The notes beneath the pieces were generated by a model. That model was not told where the DNA came from and did not search any database. It saw only the letters and a list, made by a program, of their open reading frames with translations. A stretch of 62,923 bases of DNA, the filler included, from Candidatus Fermentibacterota bacterium (GTDB lineage Bacteria; JAFGKV01), in NCBI GenBank assembly GCA_016928395.1. It is 5 parts of 5 records of this genome, joined end to end, with 100 filler letters (N's around TTAATTAATTAA, not from the genome) between each part and the next. Parts side by side here need not be neighbours in the genome. Positions count along the whole stretch, not along the records: positions 47,611 to 62,923 come from JAFGKV010000180.1; 4 more parts are not named here. One strand, 5' to 3'. A program made the position numbers and the translations under genes. This document shows positions 57,514 to 62,923 of the stretch, in pieces (positions within the stretch are counted from its first letter, which is position 1; every line of letters begins with the position of its first letter).

Positions 57514-57597
57514 CGTCATCTCTCTTGTGCCTTCTGGAGGATCGAGTCTCTCATTGCCTGATGCACCGGGTCCTTGTCGCGTTTGAGGAGGGATACG

Positions 57598-58545
57598 ATG
57601 ACCAGCACCGTCGAGTGGTCCCGCGGGAGCAGACGAGCGCACATCGAGAAGGATCGCCAATTCCTATGGCGAGAGGACACCGTGGCTCTGATTGCCCGCT
57701 GGGTTGGACTAAAGCCCGGAATGAAAGTGGCAGATGTCGGGTGTGGGCTTGGATACTTGGGATGGACCTACTGGGAGTTCTTCGGCTGTGGTGGGTCGTA
57801 CCTCGGGCTTGACCTGTCGGTCGATCTCGTGTGTCAGGCGGCCGAATCCTCTCGGCGCTGGGCGTTGCAGGGCCAGGCACGATTTGCGGCGGCCGATGCC
57901 TATCATCTCCCGCTTCCCAGCGGGCAGGTTGATTGCACCATGTGCCAGACCACGCTGATGCATGTGGAGCGCCCATCAGAGGTGATGGCAGAGATGGTGC
58001 GAATCACCAGACCGGGCGGAATCGTTCTGTGCAAGGAACCCGATAACCTTGGTTCGTGGGCAAGGAGGACGCATTCCTCGCTCCCTCCGCAGACTCTTCG
58101 GGAGCAGATGTGGGCAGGCCGGATGGGGTCGATCTACGCCGAGGGGCGTCGCCGGCTCGGTCGCGGAGACATGGGGATCGGGACGAAGGTGCCGAAGATG
58201 ATGGCGGATCTTGGTCTGGTGGACATCGACGCCAGGGCAAACGACCTGGTGTTCCTCGTGCTGCCGCCGTACAAATCGTCCCGCGAACGCTTCTGGATAC
58301 ACCGAGCCCAAGAGCGCCTGCAGGATGATCGGGCGATGCAGGAGTGGGAGCGCGACTTCAAAGAGTGTTTTCTGGCGGGAGGAGGATCCCGGTCGGCCTG
58401 CGATAGATATCTGCGTCACTGCCGCGAGCAGCGCGGAGTGACGGCCGAGCTTCACCGGACCCAGGTGGAAGATGGCAGCTACTTCGCGTGCAGCGCGTTG
58501 GGAGGGGCGTTTTTCTGCGTCAGAGGCGTCAAGCCGGCTCCGTAG
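57598..58545 (+). CDS. Class I SAM-dependent methyltransferase
   Basis: VADVGCGLG, GLD.S, DAY.LP, EMVR.TRPGG...EPD. Confidence 0.85.
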   Translation: MTSTVEWSRGSRRAHIEKDRQFLWREDTVALIARWVGLKPGMKVADVGCGLGYLGWTYWEFFGCGGSYLGLDLSVDLVCQAAESSRRWALQGQARFAAADAYHLPLPSGQVDCTMCQTTLMHVERPSEVMAEMVRITRPGGIVLCKEPDNLGSWARRTHSSLPPQTLREQMWAGRMGSIYAEGRRRLGRGDMGIGTKVPKMMADLGLVDIDARANDLVFLVLPPYKSSRERFWIHRAQERLQDDRAMQEWERDFKECFLAGGGSRSACDRYLRHCREQRGVTAELHRTQVEDGSYFACSALGGAFFCVRGVKPAP

Positions 58546-58862
58546 GCAGTTTGGTGTGCAGACGCACAGGCACTTGATCGCCCCTGAAGGCCGAGCGACT
58601 CTCCGTTCCAAGGGCGATGAACGGGAGGGGGTACTCGCCTTTGTCCTCGCGTTCATCGGGGGACTCATCTCGATGAGATCCGGCCTCATGGTTGGCGCCG
58701 GGCCGCACGCCATAGAGCTTGGTCCAGCACCGCTGTATGCTGGCGGCGTGGCAAGAAGACGGGATACTCTCAATCCTGAGAAGTGTGAGCGTGGTCGCCT
58801 CAGAGGCCCACTGACCTGGGATAGTGGGGCAGAGGGCGGCCGATCGCCGCCCTCTGGGATTA

Positions 58863-59438
58863 TTATCGCGCAACGAGAGGGCCCGGCAGCGGAAACGCGG
58901 CGTCTTCAGGCTCCTCGGAAGGCTGGGCAGGGTCAGTCGTCGGAGTTCTCTTCATCGTTGCCAGTGCTGGGGCCAATACCGTCTCACGGAGAGCCGGGTA
59001 GTCCTGCGCCGACGCTTGGAGCAGTGTGATGAAGACGGTGCCATCCAGTTCCGTCAAGGCGGCCTCGATCACCAGGCGGCCGAGGCCCCAGACGGTCGGC
59101 TCAGCCCGGTAGAGGTCCCACGCGCACCACTCAGTCCTGCAGCATCCGGCTGGCTCCATCAAGGCGCCGAACGAGGGGAGCGTCGCAACGATTTCGTCCG
59201 GCGTCATGCCTGGGGCACATCTCCGCTGGATGAAGGTTGAAGGGTCATCTGTGCCGGGAGCACGACGGTAGACGCGGGGCGGGTATTCCGTCCACCCGCT
59301 TGGACGCGCAGCGATCACACCGAGTTCCTCATCGACAACAGCCGTGATCCCGGAGCCTCTGGCCTCTGTAGGGAATGCCGTTATCAGGCTTACGAGCGCG
59401 AGACCTGCGCACATGCGGAGTGCTGATGTGTGTGCCAT
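58863..59438 (-). CDS. Secreted hypothetical protein
   Basis: Signal-peptide-like N-terminus; P.GW.E, AL.E.DG...(I/L).LLQ motif, Pro-rich tail. Confidence 0.55.
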   Translation of the reverse strand: MAHTSALRMCAGLALVSLITAFPTEARGSGITAVVDEELGVIAARPSGWTEYPPRVYRRAPGTDDPSTFIQRRCAPGMTPDEIVATLPSFGALMEPAGCCRTEWCAWDLYRAEPTVWGLGRLVIEAALTELDGTVFITLLQASAQDYPALRETVLAPALATMKRTPTTDPAQPSEEPEDAAFPLPGPLVAR

Positions 59439-60138
59439 TGGGGTCACCCTCACCTTTCGAGTTGTGCGAGAGCCGCCGTGGTCCGCGGATTCCTTCACAC
59501 CGCGGAGTCCCGACCAGCGGTCACATTCCTTTGGGAGGGCGCCGGCTGCCATCCCGCGCAGCCTCGCCAATCCGGCAAGGCCGCTACAGCAGTGAGCTCA
59601 CCTTGTTTGACGGCTCCCGCGGCCGAAAGGTTGCATGGTCGGCTCTCGAGGCGGCCGGCGTGAAGCTCGCCTCCCCTTCATTCCCTTGTCTCGTACCGTA
59701 CAGCCTGCCATCTCCCTACTCCATCCTCCCGACCACCCCCGTGGGAGACCTCTCGTGTGGCAGATGTCGACGGGCAGCACTCAGTTGACGGAATGGGGTT
59801 CAAGGCCATGTTCCTGCACCAGCCCATCAAGGGTACCCGAAGACGCTCAACACGTATCTGATTGGAGCGGGCCGGGTGATTGATCTGGCTGAGAACCGGC
59901 TCCGCGGCGGGCGCCGGAATCCGGACGGTGGTGTACGAGTGTGGACAGCCCAAGACCTCATGACGCCATTTTCCCAGACGGCGACGCAGAGGTCGTACAC
60001 GCGCTTTGCCCGTTGACTTCCCTGTGGCACGGGCATTGCGTCATTATGTCTAGCCGACATGCTTCGGCCGTCGCCTCGAAGACGGGGCAGCACGCCGTCA
60101 TACCCAGCCGTCATTCCCACTAGATTGAGGAGTGCGTC

Positions 60139-62745
60139 ATGAAGAGATACGTGATTGCCATGTCCTGCGTGGCCCTTTCAGCCCTGTTCGGTGCATCAGC
60201 TGCCGACCCAGGCCCCCAGAGCGATGTGCACGTGAGAACTCTGGCCAATGGTCTGACCGTGGCGGTCAGGGAGCACCGTGCGGTGCCCGGCGTCAGCATC
60301 AGGATCTATGTCAAGGTGGGCAGCGCCTTGGAGGAGGAGTACCTGGGGTATGGCGTCAGCCACTACTGCGAGCATCTGGTCTCCGGCGGCACGACAACCC
60401 TGCGCAGCGAGGAAGAGATCGATCGGACGGTGCAGCTCATGGGCGCCCAGAGGAACGCCTACACCACGACGGATCACACCTGCTATCATGCCTACTGTGC
60501 CGTGGACCACTGGGAGGGCATGCTCGAAGCTTTGGCGGAGTGTGTCATGCACTGCGCCATGGCGCCCGAGGAACTGGCCCGGGAGAAGGGTGTCATCACC
60601 CGCGAGATCAACATGGGCGAGGATGAACCGGGCCGGGTCATCCACAAGCTCCTGATGAACACGGTGTATCCGAACTCCCCTCTGGGCATACCCACCATCG
60701 GGTATCGAGACCTGTTTTCCCGCCTGACCCCAGAGGAGGTGACCGCGTTCTACCGCCGGCACTACACCCCGGGCAACACCGTGGTGGTGATGGTCGGCAA
60801 CCTGTCTTTGGACGCGGCGGTCGCCAAGGTGGAGGAACTGATGGGGGAGTGGCCCCGAGGCCCCCTGTTCAGAATTCCTTTGGCCGAGGAACCGCCCCAG
60901 ACATCTGTTCGGAGGGTGAGCAGGGAGTGGCCGGGAGACATCGCGTATCTGAGAGTGGCCTGGCCCGGCATCACCTTGACCCATGCCGACTTATACCCGC
61001 TGGACATGGTGGCCGCGGTCCTGGGGCATGGCAAGAGCTCACGGCTGTACAGGACTCTGAAGGAAGACCGCCGGCTCGTCCATGACATCGGAGCATATTC
61101 TTTGACTCCCGCCATCGCTCCCGGGCCGTTTGTGGTGTGGGCCCTGGTTCCGGCAGACAAGGTCAACGAGGCGGCGGAGGCCATCGTGGAGCAGGTCGAG
61201 AGCGTGAAGGTCGAGGGGGTGTCGCCCCAGGAACTGGAGCGGGCCAAGAACCAGGTCATCGCCAGCTACAGCTTCGGCCAGCAGGCCTGCGAGGACATGG
61301 CCGCCACCATCGGAGGCGACCTGATACGCACCGGCGATCCATCGTTCTCCTCGCGCTACACCCAGGGTATGGCCGCGGTCGGTGCCGAGGAGATCCAGAG
61401 CGCCGCGCGGCGCTATCTCCTGCCCGATCGTGCTTCGTTCGTGAGCCTGGGCGGTGAAGCGCTGCGGTCACCCGCGCAGCCTGCCTCGGGACTGGATGCG
61501 AAGACTGAAATTGCCGCGTTTACCCTGGCCAACGGGCTCCGGGTCGTGACCCGGGAGAATCCCCATGTGGACGTGGTCTCCATTCAGGCCATGTTCCGGG
61601 GTGGGAACCGGCACGAGACCGAGGTGAACAATGGCGTCTTCACCCTCCTGTCGCAGCTTCTCACCAAAGGCACGAAGCGGCGAACAGCCGCCCAGATCGT
61701 GGACCTGGTGGAGAGCCGCGGCGGCAGCATCGAGAGCGGAAGCGGCAAGGACGGGTTCTGGATTCGCCTGGACCTGCGAGCGGATGATCTGGGTTTCGGC
61801 ATGAGCCTCCTGGGAGAACTCCTGACTCAGAGCACCTTCTCGCAGGAGGAGCTGGACAAGCAGAAGACCCAGGCGCTGGCCCGTCTTCAGGAGCAGGAGA
61901 ACGACTGGCAATCCGAGGCCATCACCCACTACCTGGCGACCTACTTTGGTGATCATCCCTACCGGCTCAATGGCATCGGAACAGGGGAAGCCATCTCGTC
62001 CATGTCACGGGATGATGTCGTCGAGGCGTTCCAAGACTATGTCCGGGCCGGATCGGGCGTTGTGGCCATCTGCGGAGGAGTCACCGCGGCAGAAGCTGCC
62101 GAGGAGGCAGGACGCTACCTGGCCGCCGTGCCCGGAGGTTCATGCCCGGTCGCGGCTCCGGCCTCGGTGCCGGAACGCACGGGACTGGAGCACTCGGTCA
62201 AGCTGAATGATAAGGCGCAGGTCGCCATCTGCCTGGGCTATCCCGCACCGCCGCTGGGCCACAGCGATGAGCATGCGTTGCGGTTGATGGACGCGGTGAC
62301 TTCAGGCATCCGGCTTCCCCGGGGATGGCTCCATCATGCCCTGAGGGGACGGAGCAATCTCGTCTACTATGTTCACCTCATACCGATCCTGTACCGCGAC
62401 GCAGGTACTGTGGTGGTGCTCACGCAGTGCCAGCCCGACCTGGTGGACACGGTACTGGCGCTGGTCCAGCACGAACTGACCCGCGCCAGGGCCGGGGAGT
62501 TTTCCGAGGAGGATATCGCCGCTGCCAAAGGTGAGTATGTCACCGCGATGGACAACGACATGCAGACCACGGCGGATCAGGCCTACCGCCTTGCATCCTA
62601 CGAACTCCTGGGCATCGGGCATGATGCAGCGTTCCGATTCGAGGACGGGGCCAGGGCGGTGACCGTGGAGGACGTGCGCCGGGTCGCGGCCCAGTATCTG
62701 GAGGGTGGCGTCCTCTCCTTGACGGGGCCGCTGGGCGATGGGTAG
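60139..62745 (+). CDS. Secreted M16 family zinc peptidase (pitrilysin-like)
   Basis: Signal peptide; TLANGL, inverted zinc motif HYCEH, NAYTT.D.T.Y, FY...Y.P.N; second inactive half (TLANGL...LLTKGT). Confidence 0.93.
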   Translation: MKRYVIAMSCVALSALFGASAADPGPQSDVHVRTLANGLTVAVREHRAVPGVSIRIYVKVGSALEEEYLGYGVSHYCEHLVSGGTTTLRSEEEIDRTVQLMGAQRNAYTTTDHTCYHAYCAVDHWEGMLEALAECVMHCAMAPEELAREKGVITREINMGEDEPGRVIHKLLMNTVYPNSPLGIPTIGYRDLFSRLTPEEVTAFYRRHYTPGNTVVVMVGNLSLDAAVAKVEELMGEWPRGPLFRIPLAEEPPQTSVRRVSREWPGDIAYLRVAWPGITLTHADLYPLDMVAAVLGHGKSSRLYRTLKEDRRLVHDIGAYSLTPAIAPGPFVVWALVPADKVNEAAEAIVEQVESVKVEGVSPQELERAKNQVIASYSFGQQACEDMAATIGGDLIRTGDPSFSSRYTQGMAAVGAEEIQSAARRYLLPDRASFVSLGGEALRSPAQPASGLDAKTEIAAFTLANGLRVVTRENPHVDVVSIQAMFRGGNRHETEVNNGVFTLLSQLLTKGTKRRTAAQIVDLVESRGGSIESGSGKDGFWIRLDLRADDLGFGMSLLGELLTQSTFSQEELDKQKTQALARLQEQENDWQSEAITHYLATYFGDHPYRLNGIGTGEAISSMSRDDVVEAFQDYVRAGSGVVAICGGVTAAEAAEEAGRYLAAVPGGSCPVAAPASVPERTGLEHSVKLNDKAQVAICLGYPAPPLGHSDEHALRLMDAVTSGIRLPRGWLHHALRGRSNLVYYVHLIPILYRDAGTVVVLTQCQPDLVDTVLALVQHELTRARAGEFSEEDIAAAKGEYVTAMDNDMQTTADQAYRLASYELLGIGHDAAFRFEDGARAVTVEDVRRVAAQYLEGGVLSLTGPLGDG

Positions 62746-62760
62746 CGCTCTGGGACCAGG

Positions 62761-62882
62761 GGGCTCGCTGCGCTCGCAGTTCTCAGTCATCAGTGGGGCC
62801 TCTGGATGCGAGAGCACCCAGGTCTTTCGAGCTTGAGAGTACGGCCCGCTGGTGGCTATCGGCTGTCAGCTATCGGCTGTCG
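62761..62882. repeat. REP-like motif plus heptamer tandem repeats
   Basis: GGGCTCGCTGCGCTCGC; CAGTTCT CAGTCAT CAGTGGG; GGCTATC GGCTGTC AGCTATC GGCTGTC (62854-62881). Confidence 0.7.
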
Positions 62883-62923
62883 GGCCCGACCAGCATCCAG
62901 AGGTGCCCAGCGGCGTGCGGGAG

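Noticed and set aside
58546-58862. Hydrophobic stretch EGVLAFVLAFIGGLISM in ORF 58472-59029
   Set aside because: No convincing start or RBS and it overlaps genes at both ends; at most an unidentifiable fragment.

Overview
The window is five separate contigs of a GC-rich bacterial draft genome or MAG, joined by artificial 100-nt N spacers that carry TTAATTAATTAA (27894-27993, 36037-36136, 42446-42545, 47511-47610). Gene adjacency across a spacer is therefore meaningless. Gingipain-like C25, S8, M28 and M16 peptidases, FlgD-Ig/T9SS-like C-terminal domains and an alpha2 GlyRS suggest an FCB-related candidate lineage such as Fermentibacterota or Eisenbacteria (inference only). Housekeeping content includes uvsE, cobB, tRNA-Ser(TGA), glyQS, a msmX-ldcA-nagZ-dapF run, PhoH2, dtd, a dapE-like/asd/lysC/dapB/dapA/dapD operon, an OPT transporter and xth. 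Four observations stand out. (1) A translationally coupled cytoplasmic histidine kinase and response regulator whose output is a DnaA AAA+ domain. That domain keeps its ATP-binding motifs, has lost the arginine finger, ssDNA-binding residues and domain IV, and ends in a degenerate small-GTPase-like domain. (2) A shared C-terminal FN3-like domain ending in [VA]GExD[FY]-like residues on four unrelated proteins, a candidate lineage-specific sorting or anchoring signal. (3) A near-identical 20-bp AT-rich palindrome on two contigs, one copy just upstream of uvsE. (4) Intergenic mosaics of 6-8-nt repeats with REP-like hairpins. No CRISPR array, rRNA or intact mobile element was seen.
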